From Dendrobates tinctorius (taxonomy: Eukaryota): DNA of 64,000 nucleotides. Shown here piece after piece: positions 26,998 to 40,354 of the stretch. Each line of letters opens with the position of its first letter. Within the stretch, counting starts at the first letter, position 1. The notes beneath the pieces are model-generated. The model had not been told where the DNA came from and searched no databases. It saw nothing but the letters and a program-made list of their open reading frames with translations. The translations under genes were made by a program, and so were the position numbers. The stretch covers positions 18,414,001 through 18,478,000 of the forward strand of contig NW_027361706.1 of assembly GCF_039654945.1 (NCBI RefSeq). The letters are read 5' to 3'.

Positions 26998-28293
26998 TGT
27001 TGGTACTTTTTTTTTTTTAAGAAGGGTTGATATAATACAGTCGGGAATGACTTAGATAATCACAACATCAATTTTTTTAGTGGTCAGTAATGGGGAACTT
27101 TTGTTGACATAAGTTCATTTTTACCATCCAGGTGTTATCTGCTTTCCTTGCATGCAAAGACTTTTACCAAAGCTTCTCCAAGCAACTGTTCAGTAATGCA
27201 ACTCAAAGTTTGGTCCACAGTAAGACATGTCAGCTTCTTTTTGTTTTAATTCGAACCATCGGTCAGCAGTAAAAAATGACATGTGAAAACATTCACATTG
27301 TCAAAAATAGAGCTGAGACAAAAGATTAGGCTTTGTTGGTAGTCCGTGGCCGCCGGACCAGTCCACTGAGAACTTCCTACTTTCTCGTTATCCCCAGTTG
27401 GTGCCTCTTCTGTTTTTTAGGCCACCATGACGTCATGGCATTGTGTTGCGACTCACTCCTGACGTTGTGGTGGCCTACTAATTAAAGGAAGCGCCGGGGA
27501 GATTCTAGAAGGTCTCCAGTGCTGTGGTTCAGTGACCCCGGACTACTAGCGTAGCCGCTAGACCCATGTCCTACGAGTCTTTTTTTATTCATCTCTAGTG
27601 GAAAAATTCGTAAGAAAATGGTCATGTTATTCCTGGATTTTATCCACAAGACTTGTGATATTTCATTCATAATCTTATCTTATAAGTCGTGCAGGTTCTC
27701 AAATATTCACGAGGCAGCCGCGTTAGACGGCTGTGGTGAGAATGTAATCTGTAAATTCTAATGGAATTATTTGGAAAAAGATCGCAGTAAGACTTTTAGA
27801 TTAAAGACGTTAAATAAATGTGGCGCGGACGGCCCCACTGCGGTTTCATCAACCATAAGTCGGTGCTCAAGCATACAGTATGTTTTTCTTGATTCTCAAG
27901 TGTTAAAAAAAAATCCATAAATAAGTTGTCGACAATTGGATGGGGAATATAAATTGCTTTTTTATATTCAAAACTAAGCTCTTATAATTTATGAGTCTTT
28001 ATTTTTATGTGAACATAACAAAAGCAGTCCTCTCTGAGCCAGAATATTTTATGCACAGGTCATGACAATTTAATAACAGTACAAAAATGTATTGTCCATT
28101 CGGTACATTTCCCCTTCAAATGTTCTATTAGATGTAAGCATGCAATACCATATGTCACCTGCGGTGTCACTGCTGGAAAATCTGTCACCTGCGGTGTCAC
28201 TGCTGGAAAATCATGTAGTTTCTGACATTGATATTCTTGATCACCAGATCAGCACTCCATAGTGGAGAGTTACACTAAATTCAGCTGTTGGCT

Positions 28294-28736
28294 TTAAGCG
28301 AATGTATCATCAGAAAATACGTTTTGGGGGTTACATTGTTTTTTTTTAATTTGGCAATAAAAAAAATAGTAATCTTGCAATTTTCACACTGGCTAATGAA
28401 GCTATTTTAGCTGTCATCACAAACAGTGTTGCAGAACAACAGTTAACAGCTAATAACAGGTTATCCACCAATAACAATAGGTGATGTCACAGATCTCCCT
28501 GATGTCTCTTTTCACATGCTCATTAAATGCTTCTATATAAAAGATAGTGTTTTTGGGTCATTCTGTTGCTGCTAATGTGCATGTGAATTTCCTAAAAGAA
28601 AAGGAAATATGAGTCTAGAATAGCCCCAGTGGCCAGTGTGAATTTTCTTTTCAAATACTGATCATGAATTAAAAAAAAGTAACATAAAAGCCTGATTTAA
28701 ACAGTAGGTTATTTTCTGATGACATATTCCCTTTAA
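28294..28736. mobile_element. T2/Kolobok-type MITE
   Basis: TTAA-GCGAATGTATCATCAGAAAATA ... TATTTTCTGATGACATATTCCCT-TTAA. Confidence 0.8.
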
Positions 28737-29052
28737 ATTGTGTGTCTAGTATTTTAATATTGATGACCCATCTTCAGGATAAGTCATCAATATAAGATTT
28801 CGGACGTCCGACACCAGACACCCCCCACGGATCAGCTGTTGTCACCTTAGGTGTTCGGATATAAACAGTGTACAGAGGGGAACAGCACAGGACTGGACAC
28901 TGTGTAATCTTGATAATCTCCGATTGAAGAGAATAACAGCATATGTTGGCCCCCACCAATCTTATTCTAGGGATAGGTCTTATTCTAGGGAGAGGTCGTT
29001 TTTATTGGAAGTCTGCTCTTTTAGCCCAGTTTGGCATAAAACATGAGATTTG

Positions 29053-29770
29053 TGTAATGGTTTCATCTTTACTGTGGCCTAGGGATGCTGTGAGTGACGG
29101 CTCAACTACCCTATGGGATATGGAGTGTGCAGGGCTGTCAGTATTGTGACAGTCCAATCATCCACGCTGGGGCGTGCAGGGCTGTCAGCATTTTAATTGA
29201 CTGCCCTGTTGTTCAACCTAGCTTAGCCTGTGGGCGTTTCTCCAAATGCCTACCGTTCTTTATGGTTTGCTACCTATTTAACTCACTACTGTGAGCAGTC
29301 CAGTGTCAACTGTAGCTTAGCTTAGTTTGTTGTGTGCTTATCTCTGTATCTGATTGTGTCATTCTCTGATCTTGTTGTCAGACCTAGGATTTTTCGTGAC
29401 CATTCGTGTGGATTATCCCTTCTGCTCTTGACATTTTCTGACTTCATGTACCTAACCTGGACTTGTCCTCTGACTATCCGTTTTTCTTGCTCCCTTATCT
29501 TGAATTACCCTTATGGTATTTAACCCCGGACTGCTACCTGACCACACCTTTGTCTTGCCCTTCTGAACCATGAACCCTCCTGGTATCTGACCTCGGACTT
29601 CCTGACTTCCCTGTCTCATGACTCTTATCTGACTTTGGACCTCCTGACTACCTTGTCTCATGGCTGGTATCGGACCTCCTGACTACCCTGTCTCACGGCT
29701 GGTATCTGACCATGGACCTCCTGATTACCCTGTCTCACGGCTTGTCCGTGAGTAGTGACTCAGCATCACA
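29053..29770 (+). mobile_element. Solo LTR (718 bp) with internal ~40-bp repeats
   Basis: TGTAATG...CATCACA termini, perfect 5-bp TSD ATTTG, and repeats at 29575-29740. Confidence 0.85.
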
Positions 29771-30669
29771 ATTTGTTTCTGTCCATATCAAATCTAGGCC
29801 AAATATTCCTGTCTCTTTGTTACCCTTCATTTAAAGCGAACCTGTCAGGTGATTCATTGTGCCCGATCCACCAGCACCATGGATCAGAACTAGGCTCCGT
29901 CATATTCAACTCTAGGAACCATCAGGTGTATCCTCGCTCTGATTGATTGACAGGTGAGTCCCTACACACATGTATTCAGGTGGGGAAAAACCAGGGGGCA
30001 CTTGCCTCCATGAAAGGTTCCTCTCTAATGGCAAATGCCTAAACAATGTTTCCTATGCAGGACAAAGCAGTTTTATTATTCAGATTTTTCTGCTTATATT
30101 TCATATATAACCACATAAAAATGTTTGTAGAGACCTAATTATCTATTCACTGAAGAGCAGCTTGAAATATCTGTATCTTTGATTGATACACAGGATTTCT
30201 AATCCTATAGTCTGTTTATCGTTCCTCTTCCTGGGATCAATCGAAGCTGCGCAGTGTTCAGGATAGATAGTGGCGCCATCTCTTGCATTCTGCCATCAAA
30301 TATTCATCAGCTTCCTTTTAAGAGAAATGTTTCCATCCAGTGATCAGCTCCACCGGGTGCCTGCATAATGCAAGATAATACAGCCTTCATCCCAGCCGGT
30401 ACGGAACATCGTCATGTACTGTCATGCTGCATATAATATACTGTATACTGAGTTAAAGCAGGAGTGGCGCCCAACACACAATGCGAGCTGCGGTATTGTG
30501 GTCTGATACAGGTCATTTATTTCTATACAAAAGAGATTTTCCTCCATCTTGCTTTAGGCAAAGATTTACCAAGTACAAATGAGCAAATGGATTTGATCCA
30601 TCCTGTTCTGCCATCCTCCGTGGCAGCTGGACCAGGGCAGTATTCATTTCGGCATTAGCAGTCCTCTGC

Positions 30670-31113
30670 CTTTTACCAGTGCCATGAATGTGCCGCATTC
30701 TGCTGAAAACTTTGGGGTATCTGGGATGAGAAGGTCGCAGCGGTTGGCGGATTGCACGTCCTCTTTGGAGTGTACTTGGTTTTTTACCAGTATTATGAAT
30801 GTGCTGCATCCTGCTTAAAACTTTGGGGTATCTGGGATGAGAAGGTCGCAGCGGTTGGCGGATTGCACGTCCTCTTTGGAGTGTACTTGGTTTTTTACCA
30901 GTGTCATGAATGTGCCGCATCCTGCTGAAAACTTTGGGGTATCTGGGATGAGAAGGCCGCAGTGGATGGCGGATTGCACGTCCTCTTTGGAGTGTACCAG
31001 GCTTTTTACCAGTGTCATGAATGTGCTGCATCCTGCTTAAAACTTTGGGGTATCTGGGATCAGAAGAAGGTCACCTCAGTTGGCGGATTTCATGTCCTCT
31101 TTGGAGTCTACTT
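30670..31113. repeat. 111-bp tandem repeat, 4 copies
   Basis: TTTTACCAGTGTCATGAATGTG...GGAGTGTACTTGG repeated; 37-aa periodic minus-strand ORF. Confidence 0.93.
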
Positions 31114-31641
31114 GACGTTTAAGCTGAGGTGTCCAGATTGATTTTCACTTGATGCTGAAGGGATTAAGATTTCCTTTTTAATCCTGCTTGGATTCCTTAT
31201 GGCTCTTATCTCAGATGCTGTCACTCCCTTCCATTATTTAAACTCACTCCTAGCTCTCTCCTATGGCGGTTATAGACTTCCTATGCTGATCTCATTAGAG
31301 AAGTTGTTCCAGTCCCTGAGAGGTTGTTCCTGTTTAAGTGGGGGAGTGCCATTTGTTGTTTAATTCTTCCCTATTTGTTTCCCTCCCTGTGTTTCCTTAA
31401 TTTATTAATGAGACTAGTGTCTTACTCTTAGTTCAGCCTAGCTCAGGGCCAGCAAGGGCTTAGGCACGTAGCAGGGCACTAGGGGGAAGGACCCATTTAG
31501 GGACTATAGGGAGTGCAAGGTGCAGTCTCAGGTGAGTGTTTGAGGGAGTCCCTTCTCTCCTTCCCTTATTGTTAGGGCACCTTTCACCTTCTTTCCTTTG
31601 TTTGCGCAGCACTCTGAGCATTTCCTTGCTCCGGCATGAAC
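30680..31641 (+). mobile_element. Degenerate solo LTR related to the 19603 LTR
   Basis: 31480-31580 (GGGGAAGGACCC...GGGAGTGCA...GGGAGTCCC...TTCCCT...TAGGGC) aligns by eye with 20070-20167. TGTCATG-like start, CATGAAC end, and ACCAG/ACTAG flanks. Confidence 0.55.
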
Positions 31642-32875
31642 ACTAGACCCCACAGCATCAGAGGATTGCTGATGCAGAAGTGAACACTGCCTCGGAGGAT
31701 GCTGGACCAAGGTAGTCTTATTCTTTATGCTCATCTCAAATATCCAACAATGCAAAAAGCATGCAAAAACTATTTTCAGCATTTTTCTTTTTTTTTGTTT
31801 AGTATCATCAGATGGCTAAATTTAGACAACGTGAAATTGAAATTACATTATTCAAAAACTACAGGCATAAATTAACTACAAATATGCTAAATGCTTTATT
31901 TATCCAAAATGATGTTTTTAGCAAGAAAAAATCACTCCCAAACGCGGCCCACTAGGTTTCTACCTTCTGTAAAACTTGCTGCCTGTTGTCAAGTGTCATC
32001 CGTCTCCAGCAGCAAAGACACCGAGATGAATTACAGTAAGTGGGAGCTGCTTTTTGTTTCTCTGCTCTTGTTCTTCTATTTGTCAGACTGCATATTAACA
32101 AGAAAGAGAGGTGGATTCGTATTCCAGGGCAGCTACCGTATACTATTGGATAATGACAGGAGCAATGGATGATGGGGAATAAGGACACTTCCAGCACCTA
32201 TAGTACTGGCAGAATTCTGGCAATCCATTGACAGAGATTGACAGCCTAATTTAATTATTTAAACTGCATTGATCGGAGCTGTAATTGCAGAATTACTGTA
32301 CTTCATGATACTCGATCCTTCTGACAGCCACATAGGAACACAGAATTCTCGATGTCACTGGCTCCGCTCTGGATGATCATTCTTGATAATAAGAAATTCT
32401 CTATCAAGAAGTTTCTCTTTTCTATCTCTTTATCAAAAATAAAAAAACTATATCCATGTTTATTTATTGCAGGATTTTGTTAAATGAATATGACAGAATG
32501 AGATGAAAAAAAAACTAATATAACTGCTTTACCCCGATAAATAAAACATCGCTGGGATGTCCTTGGATTTACGGCTGAACAGCAGAAAAACAAGCTGTCA
32601 AAATCGCTAAAATCGTCTGTCAGCGCCAAAGAATAACCAGAGATAAGTACAATCCCTGACAGGAGGAATAAAGTTTTCTGTTATCAAACCTGCAATAATG
32701 GCCTGAACCTCGGTGACATTTCTAGACCGGGAACTGTCATTTATACCGCATCGGTGACATCTCCAGAATTCCAAGAACTGCAGGATTAATATGGAAATGT
32801 TCCTATTAAATAGAAGAGAGAAGGAATAAAAATCATTATATCCGATCACATGTATATGAAACCATGCATTGTGTA

Positions 32876-33835
32876 CGGTGACTTGAGAAAGTGTTCACAC
32901 CTCTTGGCATTTTTTTGTGTTTTGCTACTATCACAACCTGGAATTTACTGTTTTTTTCTTGGTTTGCATCAGTACATGTAAAGAACATGCTTTTTCTTTT
33001 TATTGTGAAGCAAATAACCAATAGGACAAAATAACAAAACGTTTAGTGTGCATAACTATTCACACCCCCCCAAGTCAGTACTTTGTAGAGCCTCCTTTTG
33101 CAGTAATTACAGCTGCAAGTCACTTTGGAAAAGTCTCTTTGAGCTTTCCACATCCTGCCACTGTGATTTTTGGGCAAAAGGCAAAACTGCTTCACCTCCT
33201 TCAAGTTAGATGGTTTCCTCTGGGGAACAGCAATGGTCAAGTCTGACCACAAATTCTCAATTTGATTAAGGTCTGGGCTTTGACTAGGCCACTCCAAAAC
33301 ATTTATACGTTTCCTGTCCACTCAATTGTTGCTTTATCAGTATGCTTTGGGTCATTGTCTTGTTGGAAGGTGAACCTCCAACCCATTCTCAAATCACTGA
33401 CAGACTGAAACAGGTTTTGCTCAAGAATATCCCTGTATTTCGCACCATCCATCTTCCCCTCGACTCAGACCATTTTCCCTGTCTCTGCTGCCAAAAAACA
33501 TCCCTACAGCATGATATTGCCACCACTATGTTTCACTGTGGGTTTGGTGTTTTTGGGGTGATTAACTGTGTTGGGTAGGGCGCCAGAAATAGTGTTTATC
33601 TTGGTGGCCAAAAATTTCAATTTTGGGCTCATCTGACCCCAGCACATTCCATTTTTCTTTTTGTAATTTTTAAAATGCAAAAGATTAAAATGTATATTTT
33701 TTTTTTCTAAAATACAAGGAAAATTTGTCATCTTTAACTTAAGGCCTTTCGGAGATCAATTCATCTTCAACTTTCTTAACTGTTCACAATAACAGTCATT
33801 TTGACTAGGGGTGCCTAAACTTTTACATGCCATCA
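32876..33835 (-). mobile_element. Internally deleted Tc1 element; transposase pseudogene fragments on the minus strand
   Basis: TA-flanked degenerate TIRs. Fragments VLEWPSQSPDLNQIENLWSDL...KPSNLKE and PTVKHSGGNIML. Confidence 0.88.
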
Positions 33836-35306
33836 TATGGCTGCAATAATGCAGTTGGTGTCTGATTCATGCTGTGAGTGTCCTATCAGGTTCTCTTTAA
33901 CCACTACATATCTGGAGTGAACCTGCACCTATTTCCAGAACATGGATCCCCATTCCAACTGGTGCCATGTCTTCTAGAGAAGTTCTATGACTGAAGAGGT
34001 GGCAGCGCATCCTGTTGAAATGCCAAGAAGTGTCCGAGATGAGACTGCCTCCTAAAGTGCAGCCTGGATGAGACTGCCTCCTAAAGTGCAGCCTGGACCA
34101 CTTCCACGTTGCAGTAGAGGACCAAAATACCCTAATATCATGTTGTAAAAAAGCAACTGTCGTCTTTTATAACCCTATAACATGTTTTTTTTTTCATTTT
34201 TAACTAGACGGACGCTTTAATTTATCCTAACTTCAAGAAGGAAAGATTTTGGAAATATTAGAGCAGCTGCAGATGAACTTCTCCCCCTTCGTATCCTCAA
34301 CAGAACATGGGTGCCATGTAGAGAGCGCGGAGGGGCTGTCGTCACGCACTGACGGCCAATATAGCAGTCCCTCCGCTTCATCCGATGACAGAGTACAGGT
34401 GTTGCGAACATAACCATAAAGAAACTAATCTCTCCTCTATTACACAATTCCCTATATTATAAGCGAAGGTGGTGAACATCTGCAATAAATAAAAGCAATA
34501 CACCAGTGAACGAATATAATTAATATGCGCACACAGCGGATCTGCTGTAAAAGTCAGCTAAACTTAAGACTAATTATTCCAACAGCCATAACTTTTTTTA
34601 ATTCTCTTTTTTTTTTCTATTTTTCCATAAACATAAGCCGGCATTTGCCATTTGCCTTTTTAATGATACCATTGATTTTATCCTATAATGACTTGGAAAA
34701 ATAGGAACAAAAAAAATGAAGTGATGAAAAAAAACAAATTTGCCTGATTTTTTGGGGGGTTTTATTTTATTTTTACGTCATTCAGTGTTCATTAATAATG
34801 ACCGGGCAGCATGATTCTCTGGGTCAGTACAAATACAGCGATACCAAACGCATGTAATTTTCTTTTTATATATTTTAACACTTAAAAAAATGGATAACTT
34901 TGTAAAGATGAAAATTATATTTTCTTTTCTGTTGATTAACTAAACTTATATTTGGATAGATCGGACTTTTGCAGATATACTGATATCAATTTTTTTTTCT
35001 TATATATTTTTTTTATATTGGAAACGGTGAATAAAATTTTTTTATTTTTAAAAGTGGTTTCTTTTTGTTTATACCATTTTTATTTTTTACCTTTTTTTGT
35101 AGTATATGCTGCCATACTTAGGGTTCATGCAGACGTCTATCAATCTCGGTCTGATCATGGACTGCAATACACGGACTGGCTGTGGATCATCCAATCTGGG
35201 CATGACAGCCTCATAGACATATATAAAGATGTCATCCTACGGTCAGAGATCCGCGGTCAGTCCGTGCATTGATGTCCATGATGGGACCAATCTTTCTGCT
35301 CCTTTG

Positions 35307-36358
35307 TGTTGCGATATGTGACTAGCCCTGCGTGGCGTGACCCGACGACCGGTCAGTCACAAAGCAACAAGACAAACAAGGGGACACCGGGGAAGCAATT
35401 ACAACGGTGGGCCCTGCTATAGGGAACGGGGAAAGGGACACCTCCTGCACACTGCTACGGCTGAGTCCTGGACGAACATGGCGTCCCAGAGCAGGATACC
35501 TTGTCCCTCACTTACCCTGCACCTATCCTTCACTAGGGAATTGGTAAGTGCGGACACTGGTCCCACCGCTGCACTAATAAAACACCAAGGGGAAATACGA
35601 CAGACAGGGTTAAACAAAACAACACTAAGGGTGAGTTCACACAGTGCGGATTCAACTGCGGATTTTTCCACGCGGATTTTCGGGTAAAACTGCAGGTAAA
35701 GTGACCTGCGGATTTGTCAGCGGTTTTCCCGTGCGGTTTGACACCCGGACAATGGAATAGGTGTGAAACCGCTGCGGAATCCGCAGAAAGAATTGACATG
35801 CTGCGGATTTAAAACCGCAGCAAATCCGCGCGAAAAAATCTGCAGCATGTGCACTGCGGTTTTGAAATCCCATTGATTTGCATTGTACTGTACAATGCCT
35901 GAGGATCTGCAGTGGATCCCCAGAGGGAAATCCGCTGTGGATCCGCAGCAAAATCCGCACTGTGCACATACCCTTAGCTTTCTCTGCGGCCAATGCACTG
36001 TGCAGCAGAGTAAGGCTCCTGAACTCAGCTTTCAGCAGAATCACCACTGCTCCAGAAAGCTCCTCTCTTCAGCAGAACCACCACTGCTCCCAATAAGCTG
36101 AACCACCTCTGCACCAGGTAGCTCCAGCCTTCACCACAGTTGGTATCCAAATAGGACCTGTCATAACCAATAGTCAGCTGATGCGCCAGGTGACCTTATA
36201 TAGGAAGGTGGGAGTGGTCACCACCAGCACACGCAGACTTACTAAACATGTAGTAACACCACCGGGGGGGGAACTACTATTAACCCCTGACGGCCTGAAA
36301 GGAAAAAAGTTTATATGTGAGCAGTCCAAACTGACACATCCAAAAATGGATTGTGAAA
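35307..36358 (-). mobile_element. Solo LTR (family of the 19603 LTR, opposite orientation) containing a nested MITE
   Basis: 5-bp TSD CTTTG. The right end ATCCAAAAATGGATTGTGAAA is the reverse complement of the 19603 LTR start TGTCACGATCCATTTTTGGAT, with two changes. Confidence 0.85.
35629..35973. mobile_element. PIF/Harbinger-type MITE nested in the LTR
   Basis: TAA-GGGTGAGTTCACACAGTGCGGATT ... AATCCGCACTGTGCACATACCC-TTA, with many internal TGCGGATT/AATCCGC motifs. Confidence 0.9.
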
Positions 36359-38324
36359 CTTTGAAGCCCAGCCTAATGGCTTACGTCGGGCTTCAAAGGA
36401 ACAGAAAGATTGCAAGAAGGCCTTCGGTAGGTCCTTAGCTGCAATCCGCAATCCTGTTGGGAGATATGGCAGGCGATGGGCGCCCAACATGGCCCACCAC
36501 CAATGTCACAGTTCTTAAATACTGTTGACAGAGATTGATAGTACTGTTGAAGTTCTTAAAGAGTAGCGATCGCAGCTCCTATTGCTGCTGCTATCTTTCG
36601 GTGCTGGCTGTTTAGTACAGCTGGCGCCCTTCATGCATGGAGCAAGCTCAGTTTCATACACCCAGACCCGACATGCATCATACATGTTTCACTGGGAGTC
36701 AACAAGTGGTTTAGAGAAGGGGTTCCATATTCAGGAACCGTGTTTGTAAGTTACCGAGGATTCCACCCCAAAAAGGGGATAAAAAAAAAGCTGGTAACAG
36801 GCTGATGGAAATCACATACTACATTCCTCATTGTACTGCTGCATTTTTATGTCATCTTTGCCCTGAGACACGTCAATATCTGGGCTCCAGTGCCCGTACT
36901 TTATTTTATGCCGTTGTCTCCATTATCGTTGGGCTTTCTGTAAAGCTCACCTTATGATTGACATTTGGATAAGGCTTCCAGTACTATACACTTTCTTGTA
37001 GCTTGGATAATAATGGAAAAATGTCAGCTCTCAGGGTGTCATTAATTGGCTGCAGCCGTTCGTTCTCGTTGCTGCTGAAATCCTGATGTTTTGTCAGTTC
37101 CCTAACAAACATTGAGGGAAGGTTTAGCTCCTTTGCAGCATTTTTGCCGGACCACGTTCTTACCTGCGATCTTCAGGGCAGTAGTAAACATTTCCATGAA
37201 TTTAGAAAAAAATGGATAGAAGATAGATGACCATACGTAAGTTCTAGAGGAGAAATACTTTGGATTCAGTTTTCCTAAAGAGCACAATGCCTTGTAAGTC
37301 TAGGTTTACAGGAACACCACAGAAAGAGGAAAAAATCCTCCAAAAAATTGGTTACAAACCAGACAGGCCCAATTGCATCTGCACTAATCCAGGGTGCAGC
37401 GGACCCAAGTAAAATGGCAGCTGCACAGGTGCATAAATACCGAATGAAACAGCCAGCCTACAATGAGGGATTGGCCGTGTGGTACACCAGTGCAGTGCCA
37501 ATGATTCACTGGGATAGGTGTTCTTTTAATATTTTGTTAAATAAATTTGGCATTTTAGGGGATTTATATGTTTGCAATTTCATAATATGTCGGGGTGTTG
37601 TGCATTTCTATGTCTATCGATCTGTCTATATGTTTGTCTGTCTATCTCTTTAGTATTCATTGCTGTCCAAAAACGTGGCAGAAATGCGTCAGAAAGAATG
37701 TTTTTGCCACTGCGTTTTTCCTGGCCAAGATTTACAAAAATTGTACAGAAATTTCTGCATCCAAAATACTCATCGTGTGCATCTACCATAATATGTCTCT
37801 TACATTCCACTTTGGATAACCGCCACTAAAAAGGGCTGAGCTGTGGAGGAACCGGAACATGGTGTGATAACGCCGCCCATATGATTCATGAAAAGTGTCA
37901 GCATATTGTAACTCCTGTAATGGTATTCCAGTCCCTGATTATGATACTCCAGTCCTTGACTGGGGTAGAATTACTAGGCAGGCGCACGGCGCTCAAAAAA
38001 AGAGCCAATCATTATGTGGCATGCGCCTCTTAATGATTTTGCTGCCTCTTATACGCCATCAAAACTGGCATAGAGCAAGCATGTGTTATGCCATTCATGA
38101 TGAATCGGCCGAATAGTGCACAGCAGTGTAAAAACAACATTTCTGTGCACATGTTCAGTCTCTAGTTACCTCTTTTAACCACTTCAGGGTTCGGAAATCA
38201 TGAAGCAGTTAAAAGAAGTAGCATGTTATTTTGTTGGGCGACTCGCTAGCGGAAACTACCCACAAACAAACCACAGCACGGGATCACAAATAATTTTTTT
38301 CATTGAGGTCAATCATTGTTTAAA

Positions 38325-38663
38325 AACAGGCAGGGCCTCTGACCTTTCCCGGTTCCTGCGCAATGCAGTACTTTGCTCTGCCCTCAGCAGGCCAGAGAAA
38401 TACGCCTGCGCAGGAGCGCAATGCCGGAGAGCCATGAAGCAAGCAGGAGGGCGGTGTCACAAGAAGATGAGAGGCGCCGGACCCGGACCTGCGACACCCA
38501 TCGGACCGGACCGCCCCCCGGGTGAGTATAATAAAACTCATTTTTCTTATCTTTCAGGTCGGATCGGGGGCTTATCTACAGCATTACAGAATACTGTAGA
38601 TAAGCCCTGAAAGGCGATGGCCGCATCTTATAGCGGCCAAAACAGGTGACAGGTTCCCTTTAA
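38325..38663. mobile_element. Right half of a T2/Kolobok-type MITE
   Basis: Ends GGTGACAGGTTCCCT-TTAA and has a GC-rich body; no matching left terminus seen. Confidence 0.7.
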
Positions 38664-38693
38664 GTATTCCATTGAATCAGTTACTTTCCCTGA

Positions 38694-38888
38694 GGTCGCC
38701 GTCAGGAGGCCGTATAACATGAACAACGATCGCTTCGCAATGCTCAGACTGGCCGGCGGCTCTCCTGATCTGAGCCTGACAGAATGTATTTCTATGCAGC
38801 TGTCAATCTCAGATCAGGAGAGCCACCGGCCAGTCCGTGCAGCGCGATGGGATCGTCGTCCGTGTCAAACAGCCGTCTGACTACGCCC
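38694..38888. mobile_element. Palindromic Harbinger-type MITE
   Basis: TGA/TTA flanks. Arms GACTGGCCGGCGGCTCTCCTGATCTGAG and CTCAGATCAGGAGAGCCACCGGCCAGTC. Confidence 0.8.
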
Positions 38889-40354
38889 TTAGAGACTTTT
38901 TATCAATTCAGATAAAGCAGGAAAAAACACTTCCTTTTCACGTCGCCATATTTATCCTTTAATCCAGTGCTTTTTTCTAATTGAAAGATGTTTGAGAACC
39001 TCGGTGCCCACTCGTTCCTGCACATTCAACCTGTCACCTTCACATTTTAGATTTCTCCAAACCCCTGATCGTTTTCTGGCTTTGTGCAGGCTCTGCGGAT
39101 TATTTTACTTGGACAATAAAGCAATTAATCACTTAATTAAAGAACAGTTAGATATGGGAACTGCAGGGAAACCCTAATGGAAGTCACAATGTCCAACTAC
39201 TGTGTCTTTTCGATCCATATTAATTGGCATCATTGGTGGTTACTAATTTAGCCTATTGTGTAGTCAGAGCAAAGGTTTTACTGAATGAGTCGGATTTCAA
39301 TATCTGTAATATGCGGTAATTATTGAGGTTTGTTTTTAGTTTAAAGCAGAATTAATGGCATGGATTAGATCGGTCGTCTCTTAGCAGTTGCAAAACTACA
39401 GCGCCAACAATACTCACAGCTACAGGTTATGATGAGAGTTATATTTTGGCTACAACTGAAGAGACACAGTTTAGAGACATCCGAGATGACTCCTTGTGCC
39501 GTCACCATGGAGCTTTTGTAAGTTTTCTGCCCTAAAATTCCTTGAAATGTCACAAATATTTAGCAAAACTAAAAAACCCGCCACTTTTGGCATTTTTACA
39601 CTAGATTCCACAGCTGAGTTTAAAAAAGAGGAGTTGATTTCTTAATTTAAACTGAGTACCTCCTCCAATTACCGCTTTTCTGCTGATTTTAGAACAGATT
39701 TTCTTTTTATTCTATGCCGCTCGATTCCAAAGTTATGGCCCTGTGGAAATAAAGATACAAATGTCCCCTTCAGCCATTCAGGCATATACTACAGAACTTC
39801 CCTGTTGGCGTTTTATTGTACTCCGACGATGGCCAATCAAAACAAGGCCACACCCACAGAGAAGTTCTCTGGTACACGCCTAGTTGGGCGAAGGGAAAAT
39901 ATGCACCTTTATTATCAGGGAGCATAATTTTGGAATGGAGGGGCCCAGAAGAAAAAGAAATACTATTCTAGAATCAGCGGAACATCGGTAATTAGAGCAG
40001 ATACGCTGGTTAAAAAAAAATATCAACTGAAAAGTCGCCTCTAAGGCTACTTTCACACTTGCGTTTTTTTGCAGTGCGTTTTTTTGCACACACAAATGCA
40101 TGAAAAAAATGCATACAAACGCTGCGTTTTTTTCCAGCATTTTTATGCGCATGCAGGTAAAAAATGCAGCGTTTGTATGCAGTTTTAATGCGTTTGCGTT
40201 TTTTTGCACATTGTTTTTCCTCACCAAAAAAAAAATCTAGATAGCAATCTTGCAACACACACCACCAATGTGACATCAGTGGCGGTGTGGTATGTTAATA
40301 TACAGACCCTGTCTACAGTATTCTTCACATTTGCTTGATTTTTCTCGTGTCAAC

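Noticed and set aside
27132-27225. Possible exon (CCATCCAG ... GTAAGA)
   Set aside because: No recognisable translation; splice-like motifs are expected by chance in 64 kb.
28150-28212. 30-bp direct duplication (similar case at 34058-34117)
   Set aside because: Ordinary slippage duplications with no further structure.
31955-32042. Possible internal exon ending in the donor CA|GTAAGT
   Set aside because: The acceptor is weak and no frame gives a recognisable protein.
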